A DNA stretch of 56,127 nt. It comes from an uncultured Mesorhizobium sp. (GTDB lineage Bacteria; Pseudomonadota; Alphaproteobacteria; Rhizobiales; Rhizobiaceae). Of this stretch, positions 11,101 through 20,008 are shown piece by piece. Position 1 is the stretch's first letter. Every line of letters starts with the position of its first letter. The DNA is taken from assembly GCA_964371125.1 (NCBI GenBank), contig CAYJMY010000002.1:1-56127 (forward strand). The letters run 5' to 3'. The notes under the pieces were generated by a model. That model made no database searches. It saw only the letters and a program-made list of their open reading frames with translations, and had not been told where the DNA came from. Made by a program: the position numbers and the translations under genes.

Positions 11101-12309
11101 ACCGTCGGAATGGAGGGTGGCTTCGACACCGGTGGCGACGTTGCCCGCGGCGGACACCTGCGAAAGGGCCGCGGTGACGTCGACCATCGGCGCGCTGCCG
11201 TCGCCAAAGGCGCGGGCCGTGGCGCGCTCGATCGAGACAGAGACGGCATCAGCCCCGGTTCCCGCGGAGAGCGTCACCGGCGCACCGCGCGCGGCGAGGT
11301 CGAGGGCGAGGTCGCTGCCGCGCTGCGGGTCGATCGAGCCGCTCGCCTGCACGGTCGCCGCGGCCGATTCCAGCGTCGCCCGTTCCACCTCGATGCCGCC
11401 CGCCGCGCCGAGCGCCACGTCGACGTCGAAGACGGTGTCGCCGGAGAGCAAAGGCCGTAGCATCCCGGGGACAAAACGTTCGAAGGAACCCTTGCCCTCG
11501 ACCGCAACGTTGCGCCTGCCGTCGGCCAGGCGGTAGCCGCCCTTCAGCGTCGTCACGATCTCGCCGTCGACGGAAAAGCTGCCCTCGCCCTTCCAGTCGT
11601 CGGCCGGTCCCTTGCCGGTCAGCGAGAACGCCACGGCCGGCGCACCGGGCAGACGCAGCAGGCTGGCGACGACGCCATCCGCCGGTTCCGACCCTTCCAC
11701 GGCGACGTCGAGCACGTCCTCGTCGGGGGCGAAGCGGATCTTCGCCTCGACCGACCCGTCGCGGCCGTCGGTCCGCGCCACCGAAAGATCGAGGTCGACG
11801 TCGAGCGGCGCGGCCCTGGCCGAGAGCGCGCCCCTGGCGGAGAGCCGGGCGATGCCGCCGGCAATCGCCTCGCCGAGCGCGATGTCGGGCAGGTCGATGG
11901 CGCGCACGGCGATGTCGACGGGCAGGCCGCCGCCGCCGTCGCCGCCCTCGGACGCAGGCAGGCGGGCAAGCTCGACGCGCCGGGCGCTGACGCGGTCTGC
12001 ATCGAATGTCGAGGAAAGCAGCGACAGCGGCGACCAGTCGATGGAAACGTCGCGGGCCGCCAACCAGGGTCCGGCGGCATCTTCGAGCACGATATGGCCG
12101 ATAGTCAGACTGCCCGACCAGATCCCGTCGAGGCCACCGATCCGCACCTTGCTCGTCTCCGTGGAGGCGAGGTCGGAGACCAGCCCGGCGAGGTTTTCGC
12201 GGCCCTTTTCGGTCAGCGTGAAGACGAGGATCGCGCCGACGGCGAGCGCCAGCACGAGCACGACGAGGAACCGCAGGACGCGGAAGATTCGCCTGAGGAT
12301 GGCGGCCAC
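8152..12309 (-). CDS. tamB: translocation and assembly module TamB (DUF490)
   Basis: 1385 aa with an N-terminal membrane anchor and a G/A/V-rich beta-taco body. The C-terminus has LPEDEVLARLVFG...AGKYLND...GIFFEKEY. Lies directly downstream of tamA. Confidence 0.92.
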   Translation of the reverse strand: MAAILRRIFRVLRFLVVLVLALAVGAILVFTLTEKGRENLAGLVSDLASTETSKVRIGGLDGIWSGSLTIGHIVLEDAAGPWLAARDVSIDWSPLSLLSSTFDADRVSARRVELARLPASEGGDGGGGLPVDIAVRAIDLPDIALGEAIAGGIARLSARGALSARAAPLDVDLDLSVARTDGRDGSVEAKIRFAPDEDVLDVAVEGSEPADGVVASLLRLPGAPAVAFSLTGKGPADDWKGEGSFSVDGEIVTTLKGGYRLADGRRNVAVEGKGSFERFVPGMLRPLLSGDTVFDVDVALGAAGGIEVERATLESAAATVQASGSIDPQRGSDLALDLAARGAPVTLSAGTGADAVSVSIERATARAFGDGSAPMVDVTAALSQVSAAGNVATGVEATLHSDGFAVATLTGPVELGMKAASVEAAEEALRPLLAGPLTASATATVGEDAITIAKGTLSGAALRADVSGEMSRGDGSLRLAVEADVAASALPVAAQRIAGERVALTATMARDAAGALSVSPLALKSGPLTAEGSVDLAGETLAATLKGALADVGRLAEGATGAITFAVEAKGRASAPDVTLTVAADRIEAVNRAITGLELTASGAFDPANPAARVALKGDIAGQSISGSAELKTTDGRRAVDDLALSLGDNRISGSLVLDDAFVPVGKIDFALPDLGPLAALAFETVEGKAEGTIRFSRTDGVPELAVRANTASFKRGDLSARDLAVEGTVSDYLGDPVVSGRVEAASVSAGGASIVEIDVKLTRAGEWTGFNGGATVNGMPARAAGRVQVEGPRTTVELSSASTTVSGIAASLARPGVVVVENGSAVFDDLALSVGGGSVVVSGTAGSELVLDIRFSGLPAASANAFAAGLGAAGTIGGTARVTGKAAQPTVGYQIDWSGAQTAQTRDAGFGAMSIRSTGTYAGDLLEFTANVGDGGGLGMQGGGKVRLGGPASLDLAFSGKVPFSFLTRRLAAQGLALTGAADVTLAVAGPALAPAVSGNIRASGARFVDSRSGIAVTDLAADIGIGGGKATMRSLKGNLSTGGTISASGSVGIDAGSGFPADLTLRIIEGRYTDGRIVTATLGGELTLKGPLVSAPALAGTVNLGRTVITIPERLPGSLATLGVQHKNAPEAVTSQQEALTPAGAGGGGGGLNLDVTVNAPQQIFVQGRGLDAELGGTLRLTGSSAAPQAVGQFTMRRGRLSLLGRRLDFTSGTLGFSGSLVPYLDLAAETTASDATVSILVTGPATDPKFSFSSVPSLPEDEVLARLVFGRSMSNLSPLQIAQLAEAAAQIAGVGGPTSLLETLRSKTGVDDLDVKTDAEGNAAVSAGKYLNDRTYVTIEKGEKAGSGKATIDLDVGRGVKLRGEAGEDGKAKGGIFFEKEY

Positions 12310-12314
12310 GGTCG

Positions 12315-14237
12315 TCAGAACGCCTGGCCGATGCCGGCATAAATGCCGAATTGCGGGTCGCCGGGATCGCGGTTGAGCGGCACCGCGGCGTCGACGCGCA
12401 GCGGGCCGAACGGGGTCAGGTAGCGTATGCCCACGCCCGCACCCGCCTTGAGGCCGGACAGGCTCGGCGTGGTCGACGCAGAAACCGCGCCGACGTCGAT
12501 GAACGGCACGACGCCGAAGGTGTCGTTGACTGCGATGCGCAGTTCCACCGATCCCTCGACGTAGGAGAGGCCGCCCGTCGGCTTGCCGCCAAGATCCTTC
12601 GGTCCGATGCCCTGGTAGGCATAGCCGCGTACCGAACCGCCGCCACCAACATAGAAGCGCCGGTCGGCCGGAACCGAGGCAAGATCGGCGCCGACGATCG
12701 AGCCCGCCGCAGCCCGCGCGGCGAGGACGAACTTGCCGGCATCGTCGATAGCCCTGTAGGCGGAGGCCTCGCCCTTGAACTTCACGAAGGTCGCACCGTT
12801 CTCGAAATCATGGGTCGGCTCGGCGAAGGCCAGAACGCGGAAGCCGCGTTTCGGGTCCAGCCGGCTGTCCCGGTTGTCGAAGACATACTGCAGCGGAATG
12901 CTGACCAGAAGATGGCGCACGCCCGCAGGATTGAGCGCGTCCTCGACCTTCGACCACTCGACGGCGACCTCGACCGACACCGTGTGCACCTTGGCGAACT
13001 GGTACTCCAGCCCGGACGCCGCCTTGATGGAGAAGCGGTCGTAGGCTTCCGGGTGCTCGAACACGGTGCGCACGTTGGTGTAGAACTTCGAGGCGGGTCC
13101 CAGCACGCCCGGCTTCTCGAACATGACCGCCGCGTTGTAGTTCAGCTTGCCGAACTGGCTGGTATCGCCGATGCGGCTGATCGAGCCCTCGACGCGCAGC
13201 TTCTCGGCCCGGCCGAACAGGTTGCGATGGCCCCAATAGCCCTCGATGCCGAGGCCTTCGGTGTTGGAGATTGTCGCGCCGACGCCGAAATAGCGGTGCT
13301 TGCGTTCGCTGACCTCGACCCTGATCGGGATCGCGCCGGACGCGTCGAGCGCGTCGCCCTCCCTGACGCCGACGCTGGAGAAGACGCCGAGATCGACGAG
13401 CCTCTGCCGCGCCTCCTCGATCTCCGCGGGCGAATAGGTCCGTCCGGGCTCCAGCCCGGCCATCATCGCGACGAAAGCCGGATCGACCGTCTCGGCTCCT
13501 TCCACGGTCGTCTCGCCATAGGCGGCGACCGGACCGGCGGCGACCTCGAGCATGACGTCGAGCGTCCGCGTCTCGTGGTCGGCGACCACGTCGCGGCCGG
13601 AGACCGCGGCCAGCGGACGACCCTCTTCCTTGAGGATGCGCACGATCTCGGATTCCGCCTTGATGATGACGTCCGAGCCGGCCTGCGCTCCGCTTGCGAG
13701 GCCGAACCGCGCCGGATCGAGCCCGGCCGCATCGCCTTCGAGGCGCACCGCGCCGAAGGTGAACACCGAACCCGGATCGACCGAGATCGCCACCGGCACC
13801 GGCTCGCCGGAGAACTGCGCGTCGGGTTCGATCTCGTCGATCGGGCGGCCGGAGATGGTGACCGTGACGACGCCGTCGTAGCGCGCCACGCGGTAGAGCG
13901 CGGCGATCAGCTGCTCGCGGTCGCCGCGCGCCTTGGACATCAGGCCGAGCGAGCCGGAGACGGGACGCGCCTCGTCGGCCACAAGCGAAGAGGCGTCCTC
14001 GAGGATTTCGCGCAGGTCGTCGTCGCCGGCGACCGTCAGCGTAACCGAGTAGCGCAGCGGATCGGCGACGTCGGCCGTGTCATCTTCGGCGCCGAACAGG
14101 GTGATGCCGAACAGTTCGAAGGCGCGGGCGGGTTCGGCGGCGGCGAGACCGAGCGCCAAGAGGCTGCCCGCGGCGAGGCGCGCCAAAGCGCGGCCTGCGG
14201 GCCTTCCTCCCCTGCGCTGCCGGTTCCCGCACATCAT
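12315..14237 (-). CDS. tamA: outer membrane Omp85-family protein TamA
   Basis: Signal peptide, POTRA-like region, RFYVGGGGSVRGY, TPFGPLRVD and terminal YAGIGQAF. Start could be 14237 or 14234. Confidence 0.92.
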   Translation of the reverse strand: MMCGNRQRRGGRPAGRALARLAAGSLLALGLAAAEPARAFELFGITLFGAEDDTADVADPLRYSVTLTVAGDDDLREILEDASSLVADEARPVSGSLGLMSKARGDREQLIAALYRVARYDGVVTVTISGRPIDEIEPDAQFSGEPVPVAISVDPGSVFTFGAVRLEGDAAGLDPARFGLASGAQAGSDVIIKAESEIVRILKEEGRPLAAVSGRDVVADHETRTLDVMLEVAAGPVAAYGETTVEGAETVDPAFVAMMAGLEPGRTYSPAEIEEARQRLVDLGVFSSVGVREGDALDASGAIPIRVEVSERKHRYFGVGATISNTEGLGIEGYWGHRNLFGRAEKLRVEGSISRIGDTSQFGKLNYNAAVMFEKPGVLGPASKFYTNVRTVFEHPEAYDRFSIKAASGLEYQFAKVHTVSVEVAVEWSKVEDALNPAGVRHLLVSIPLQYVFDNRDSRLDPKRGFRVLAFAEPTHDFENGATFVKFKGEASAYRAIDDAGKFVLAARAAAGSIVGADLASVPADRRFYVGGGGSVRGYAYQGIGPKDLGGKPTGGLSYVEGSVELRIAVNDTFGVVPFIDVGAVSASTTPSLSGLKAGAGVGIRYLTPFGPLRVDAAVPLNRDPGDPQFGIYAGIGQAF

Positions 14238-14452
14238 TACGCCAGTCTTACTCCGATCGCTAAAATTGCGCGAACTTATGAACCACCCGTAAAGCGGCCA
14301 CAATCCAGCCGTCACAAATGAAGTCTAGGCGTAGCACTGTCGCCCCAGCCAAGGAAGATTGTACGAGGTCTTTCAGGTGGCCGCGGATCGGTGGCGGGCA
14401 GCGTTGTTGGGGTTGTGACGATCCGTTTTCCGCGGCGGGCGGTGCGCGCGTG

Positions 14453-14481
14453 TTGACAGCGCCGAACCCCTGATCTCAGAT
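14453..14481 (+). promoter_or_regulatory. possible sigma70 promoter for the A2M-pbpC unit
   Basis: Perfect TTGACA at 14453-14458, a 17-nt spacer and a weak -10 (TCAGAT), about 30 nt upstream of the ATG. Confidence 0.35.
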
Positions 14482-14511
14482 CGGTCGATGCAAGGGCGAA
14501 GGAGGAAAACG

Positions 14512-17500
14512 ATGCGTTCGGTTCGTCAGGTGTTCTCGGCGGTTCTGGTCCTGCTTGCGCTTGCCGCCCCGGCGATTGCCGCCGGGGGCCGCGCCATCGA
14601 AACCACCGACAATTCCGACTATTTCGGCTTCGACCTGAGGACGGAACAGAACGTCAGCCTCGACCGCTGCAAGTCGATCTGCCTCGGCGACTCCTCCTGC
14701 CGCGCCTTCACCTACAACACCAAGGCGAAATGGTGCTTCCTCAAGTCCGACTACAACAAGCTGAAGCCCTTCAGCGGCGCCGTGGCCGGCAAGATCGTCA
14801 ACCTCGCCGGCGAGCCCGACATCGGCGCGCCTGGCGAACTCGCTTTCGTCCCGGCATGGATGGTCGAGGAGGCGCGCCTCTATCGCCGCAACCTGACCGC
14901 GGCGACGGTGGCCGACACAGACGGCCTGGCCGGCCTCGTCGCGGCCGGCGACCAGGCGATCGTCTCCGACCCGCGCACGGCGATGGGCAAGTTCGCCGCC
15001 GCCATCGCCATCTCGCCCGACGATGCGGAACTGTGGAACAAGCTCGGCCGCGCCGTTTTCGCGGTGACGCCGGCCAACAGCGTCGAGGCGGGCGAACTGC
15101 AGCGCAACGCCACCGGCGCCGCCTACAACGGCTATCTCCTGTCGCGGTCGACGGCCGTGCGCGCCGAGACGCTGGCGACGCTCGCCGCCGGGCTCGACCG
15201 CCGCGAGATGTTCCGCCCAGCCCTGCAAGCCTATGAAGCGAGCCTCAGCCTGGTGCCCTCGCCTTCGCTGCAGGCGGAATACGAGGACCTGAAGGCGCGC
15301 AAGGGCTTCCGCGTCGTCGAGCATTCGGTCGACGCCGACACGGCCTCGCCGCGTATTTGCGCCCAGTTCTCCGAGGATCTGGTCAAGGTCGGCGTCGACT
15401 ACGCCAATTTCGTCACGGTCGACGACGCCGCGCCGAAGGGCGTCGAGGCCAAGGACCGGCAGATCTGCGTCGAGGGCCTGTCGCACGGCCGGCACTATCG
15501 CGTCGCCTTCCGCCCCGGCCTGCCGGCGGCGATCGGCGAGGTGCTGTCGACCCCGGTCGTGCTGTCCATCTACGTCCAGGATCGCGCCCCGAGCGCCCGC
15601 TTCACCGGCGACAGCTTCGTCCTGCCGGCGACCGCGCGCCGCGGCATCCCGGTGGTGACCATCAACATGGACGTCGCCGACGTGAAACTCTACCGGATCG
15701 GCGACCGCTCGCTCGCCCAGCTTCTCTCCGGCTACCAGTTCCTGCGCCAGCTCGACGGCTACGACCTCTCCTCGATCGCCGACCAGATGGGCGCGCCCGT
15801 CTGGGAGGGCAAGCTCGACATCGCCAACGAGCTGAACAAGGAAGTCACCACCTCCTTCCCGGTCGACGAGGCGCTGCCGCAGCGCAAGCCCGGCGTCTAC
15901 GTGCTCACCGCCGCCCCGGCCGACGACCGCCGCGACACATGGGAATCGCGCGCCACGCAGTGGTTCGTCGTCTCCGACATCGGGCTGTCGACCTATACCG
16001 GCCAGGACGGCCTCAACGTCTTTGCCCGCTCGCTCGGCTCCGCCAAGCAGCTCGCCGGCGTCGAACTGACGCTGCTCGCCCGCAACAACGAGATCCTCGG
16101 CACCGCCACGACCGACGCGGAGGGCCGCGCCAAGTTCGCGCCCGGCCTGTCGCGCGGCGAAGGCGGCATGGTGCCGGCCGTCCTGATGGCCGAGAACGCC
16201 GGAACCGACTTCGTCTTCCTCGACATGACCCGCGCCGGCTTCGACCTGTCCGACCGCGGCGTCGAGGGCCGCGCCGCACCCGGCGCGCTCGACGTCTACG
16301 CCTGGACCGAGCGCGGCATCTACCGCGTCGGCGAGACCGTGCATGTCGCGGCCCTTGCCCGCGACGACGCTGCCAAGGCGGTCGACGGCATGCCGCTGAC
16401 CTTCATCTTCACCCGGCCCGACGGCGTCGAGGACCGCCGCATCGTCAGCGACGGCGCCGCGGCCGGCGGCCATGCCGTCGAGCTGCCGCTCGCCGGCAAC
16501 GCCATGCGCGGCACCTGGCAGGTGGGTATCCACACCGACCCCAAGGAAGCCGCCGTCGCCAGCCAGATGTTCCTGGTCGAGGATTTCGTTCCCGACCGGA
16601 TCGAGTTCGACCTTGCCGCCGACCGCGCCGAGATCGCCGCCGGCGAGCCCGCCAACGTCACCGTCGACGGCCGCTATCTCTACGGCGCGCCGGCCGCCGG
16701 CCTTGCCCTCGAGGGCGAGGTGACGGTGTCGACGGTACGCGAATGGGACGACTTCAAGGGCTACTGGTTCGGCCTTGCCGACGAGCAGGAGGGCGAGGCG
16801 ACGCGCATCCCGCTGTCCAACTTGCCGCTGGTCGGCGAAGACGGCCTCGTCACGTTCCCGGTCGTCGTCGACCAGCTTCCCGCCACGACGCGCTTGCTCA
16901 ACGCCAACGTCACGGTGAGGATGCGCGAGACCGGCGGCCGTGCCGTCGAGCGCAATCTCGACATCGGCATCAGGCCGCAGGGCGACCTGATCGGCCTTGC
17001 CCCGCAGTTCGACGGCGAATCCGTGCCACAGGGCGGAACGGCGGCCTTCAAGCTGATCGCCGTCGACGCCGACGGCAAGCGCAAGGACGCCAAAGGCCTC
17101 GTCTGGTCGCTGGTGCGCATCGAGCGCAACTACCAGTGGTACCGGAACGGCAATTACTGGAACTACGAGCCGGTCACGTTCACCCGCGCCGTGGCCGACG
17201 GCACGATCGACGCCGCCACCGGATCCGAGGCCGAGCTGAAGCTTCCCGTCGACTGGGGCCGCTACCGGCTGGAGATCGAGACCGCGGACCCCGAAGGCCC
17301 GGCGACGAGCTACGAGTTCGACGCCGGCTGGTATGTCTCGGCGAGTTCGACCGAGACACCCGACGCTCTCGAAATCGCTCTCGACAAGGACGTCTATGCG
17401 GCCGGCGACGTCGCCAAGCTGCAGGTATCGCCGCGCTTCGCCGGCGAGCTCCTGGTGACGGTGGGCGCCGAGCGCCTGCTGACGACCGTCTCCGTAACGG

Positions 17501-19974
17501 TTCCGGAAGGCGGCGCCACCGTCGACGTCCCCGTCGGCTCCGACTGGGGCGCCGGCGCCTATGTCACGGCCACGCTCTACCGGCCGGGCGAATCGCGCGA
17601 GTCGCGCATGCCCTCGCGCGCCATCGGCGTGAAGTGGCTGAAGGTCGATCCGGGCGCGAAGAAACTCGCGGTCGCCCTGGCGACGCCGGAAAAGACCGAG
17701 CCGCGCGGCCCGCTGTCGATCCCCGTGACGGTTTCCGGCCTGCCGGCGATGACCGACGCCTACGTCACGGTCGCCGCCGTCGACGTCGGCATCCTCAACC
17801 TGACCAACTACAAGGCGCCCGACCCCGAGGGGTGGTATTTCGGCCAGCGTCGCATGGGCATCGAACTGCGCGACCTCTACGGCCTGCTCATCGACGGATC
17901 GCTCGGTGCGGCCGGCCGGCTGCGCACGGGCGGCGACGGCGCCATGATGGCGACCCAGGGCAACCCGCCCAAGGAAAAGCTCGTCGCCTTCTTCACAGGA
18001 CCGGTGAAGCTCGACGCCGACGGCAAGGCGACGGTGACGTTCGACCTGCCGCAGTTCAACGGCACGGTGCGCGTCATGGTCGTCGCGTGGACGAAGGAAG
18101 CGGTCGGCCACGCCACGTCCGACGTGATCGTGCGCGATCCGATCGTGCTGACGGCGGGGCTGCCTCGCTTCATGGCGCCCGGCGACGAGGCGCAGATGAC
18201 GCTCGACGTCACCAACACCGACGCCCCGGCGGGCAGTTATGCGCTGGCGCTCGAAGGCGCCGGCGGGCTGGAGGCGAACACCGGCGGCCTGCCCGACAGC
18301 CTTGTCCTCGAACCCGGCAAGCGGCAGACCTTGACCATCCCGCTCTCGGCGACGAAGACGGGCGACGCCGGGCTGACGATCACGCTCGCGGGCGCCGACG
18401 GCGTCACCGTCGAGCAGGTGCTCGCGCTGCCCATCCGGCCCGCCGCAATGCCGGTGACGACCCGCTCCGTGGTTTCGCTGCCGGGCAATGGCGGCTCGAT
18501 CACGGTCGACCGCGAATTGCTCGCGGCCAGCCTGATCGAGGGCGCGCAGGTCTCGCTCAGCGTCACGCCAAGCTCGGCGTTCGACGTGGTGTCGCTGCTG
18601 ATGACGCTCGACCGCTACCCCTATGGATGCGCCGAGCAGACCACCAGCCGCGCCCTGCCGCTGCTCTATCTCAGCGAGCTGTCGCGCGACTTCGGCCTGC
18701 CCGACGATCCGGAGGTCAAGGGCCGCATCCAGGAGGCCGTCTACAAGGTCGTCAACTACCAGTCCTCTTCGGGCAGCTTCGGCCTGTGGTCGCCCGGCTA
18801 CGGCGACCTGTGGCTCGACGCCTATGTCACCGACTTCCTGACCCGGGCGCGCGAAAAGGACTACGACGTGCCGCATCGCGCCCTGATGCAGGCTCTTTCC
18901 AACCTGCAGAACGCGATCTCCTACGACGTCGACCTGGAAGGCCGCGGCGGCGAGATCGCCTATGCGCTCTACGTGCTGTCGCGCAACCGCAAGGCGTCGG
19001 TCGGCGACCTACGCTATTATGCGGACACGCAGATCGAGGCATTCACCAGCCCGATGGCGATCGCCCATCTGGCGGCGAGCCTTGCGCTCTACGGCGACAG
19101 CCAGCGCTCGGAACGCGCCTTCGGCGCAGCGCTTTCGCTGGCGCAATCGACGACGGAGGTGGACTACTACCGCTCCGACTACGGCTCGAAGCTGCGCGAC
19201 GGCGCCGCCATGCTGGCGCTCGCCGCCGAGAGCAACCCGATGCCCTCGGTCGTCCCGGCGATGGTGAAATATGTCGCTGCCGAACGCGCCAAGGTGCGCT
19301 GGACGAGCACGCAGGACGAGGCGTGGATGCTGCTCGCCGCCCGCGCGCTGACGGCCGGCAACGCGTCGCTGAATCTCGAGGTCGACGGCGCGGCGCATTC
19401 CGGCGCCTATTCGGCGAAGGTGAGCGGCGAGGAGCTTTCGGCGAAGCCGATCACCGTCGTCAACCGGGGCAAGGACGCGCTGGAGGCCGTGGTCACGGCG
19501 TCGGCGATCCCCAACCAGCCCCTGCCGGCCGGCGGCGACGGCTTCACCATCAAGCGCACCTACTACCGGCTCGACGGCAGCGAGGCCAATGTCAGCGAGG
19601 CGCGACAGAACGAGCGCTACGTCGTCGTGGTCAAGGTCGTCAGCCTCAACGACTGGGGCGCCCGCATCCTGATCAACGATCTCCTGCCTGCCGGCTTCGA
19701 GATCGACAATCCGGGCCTCGTCTCAAGCGCGCAGCTTTCCAGCTTCTCGTGGCTGCCGCAGACGGACGCCGCGCACCTCGAATTCCGCGACGACCGGTTC
19801 GTCGCGGCGTTCAACCGCGACCAGGGCGCGGGCTCCGACCTGACGGTCGCCTACGTCGTGCGCGCGGTGACGCCGGGCGTCTACGTCCACCCGGCGGCAA
19901 GCGTCGAGGACATGTACCGCCCCGAGTTCTCGGCGCGCACGGCGACCGGCATGATGGAGGTGAAGGCCAACTGA
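14512..19974 (+). CDS. bacterial alpha-2-macroglobulin family protein with N-terminal PAN/apple domain
   Basis: GGAGGA RBS before ATG 14512. Thioester motif YPYGCAEQ, TERGIYRVGETV (MG2) and C-terminal VEDMYRPE. N-terminal PAN-like C-x3-C-x5-C...WCFLK. Upstream of pbpC, like yfhM-pbpC. Confidence 0.95.
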   Translation: MRSVRQVFSAVLVLLALAAPAIAAGGRAIETTDNSDYFGFDLRTEQNVSLDRCKSICLGDSSCRAFTYNTKAKWCFLKSDYNKLKPFSGAVAGKIVNLAGEPDIGAPGELAFVPAWMVEEARLYRRNLTAATVADTDGLAGLVAAGDQAIVSDPRTAMGKFAAAIAISPDDAELWNKLGRAVFAVTPANSVEAGELQRNATGAAYNGYLLSRSTAVRAETLATLAAGLDRREMFRPALQAYEASLSLVPSPSLQAEYEDLKARKGFRVVEHSVDADTASPRICAQFSEDLVKVGVDYANFVTVDDAAPKGVEAKDRQICVEGLSHGRHYRVAFRPGLPAAIGEVLSTPVVLSIYVQDRAPSARFTGDSFVLPATARRGIPVVTINMDVADVKLYRIGDRSLAQLLSGYQFLRQLDGYDLSSIADQMGAPVWEGKLDIANELNKEVTTSFPVDEALPQRKPGVYVLTAAPADDRRDTWESRATQWFVVSDIGLSTYTGQDGLNVFARSLGSAKQLAGVELTLLARNNEILGTATTDAEGRAKFAPGLSRGEGGMVPAVLMAENAGTDFVFLDMTRAGFDLSDRGVEGRAAPGALDVYAWTERGIYRVGETVHVAALARDDAAKAVDGMPLTFIFTRPDGVEDRRIVSDGAAAGGHAVELPLAGNAMRGTWQVGIHTDPKEAAVASQMFLVEDFVPDRIEFDLAADRAEIAAGEPANVTVDGRYLYGAPAAGLALEGEVTVSTVREWDDFKGYWFGLADEQEGEATRIPLSNLPLVGEDGLVTFPVVVDQLPATTRLLNANVTVRMRETGGRAVERNLDIGIRPQGDLIGLAPQFDGESVPQGGTAAFKLIAVDADGKRKDAKGLVWSLVRIERNYQWYRNGNYWNYEPVTFTRAVADGTIDAATGSEAELKLPVDWGRYRLEIETADPEGPATSYEFDAGWYVSASSTETPDALEIALDKDVYAAGDVAKLQVSPRFAGELLVTVGAERLLTTVSVTVPEGGATVDVPVGSDWGAGAYVTATLYRPGESRESRMPSRAIGVKWLKVDPGAKKLAVALATPEKTEPRGPLSIPVTVSGLPAMTDAYVTVAAVDVGILNLTNYKAPDPEGWYFGQRRMGIELRDLYGLLIDGSLGAAGRLRTGGDGAMMATQGNPPKEKLVAFFTGPVKLDADGKATVTFDLPQFNGTVRVMVVAWTKEAVGHATSDVIVRDPIVLTAGLPRFMAPGDEAQMTLDVTNTDAPAGSYALALEGAGGLEANTGGLPDSLVLEPGKRQTLTIPLSATKTGDAGLTITLAGADGVTVEQVLALPIRPAAMPVTTRSVVSLPGNGGSITVDRELLAASLIEGAQVSLSVTPSSAFDVVSLLMTLDRYPYGCAEQTTSRALPLLYLSELSRDFGLPDDPEVKGRIQEAVYKVVNYQSSSGSFGLWSPGYGDLWLDAYVTDFLTRAREKDYDVPHRALMQALSNLQNAISYDVDLEGRGGEIAYALYVLSRNRKASVGDLRYYADTQIEAFTSPMAIAHLAASLALYGDSQRSERAFGAALSLAQSTTEVDYYRSDYGSKLRDGAAMLALAAESNPMPSVVPAMVKYVAAERAKVRWTSTQDEAWMLLAARALTAGNASLNLEVDGAAHSGAYSAKVSGEELSAKPITVVNRGKDALEAVVTASAIPNQPLPAGGDGFTIKRTYYRLDGSEANVSEARQNERYVVVVKVVSLNDWGARILINDLLPAGFEIDNPGLVSSAQLSSFSWLPQTDAAHLEFRDDRFVAAFNRDQGAGSDLTVAYVVRAVTPGVYVHPAASVEDMYRPEFSARTATGMMEVKAN

Positions 19975-20008
19975 GCCGGATCGGGCACGAAGGAACGGTG
20001 ACGCGGCC

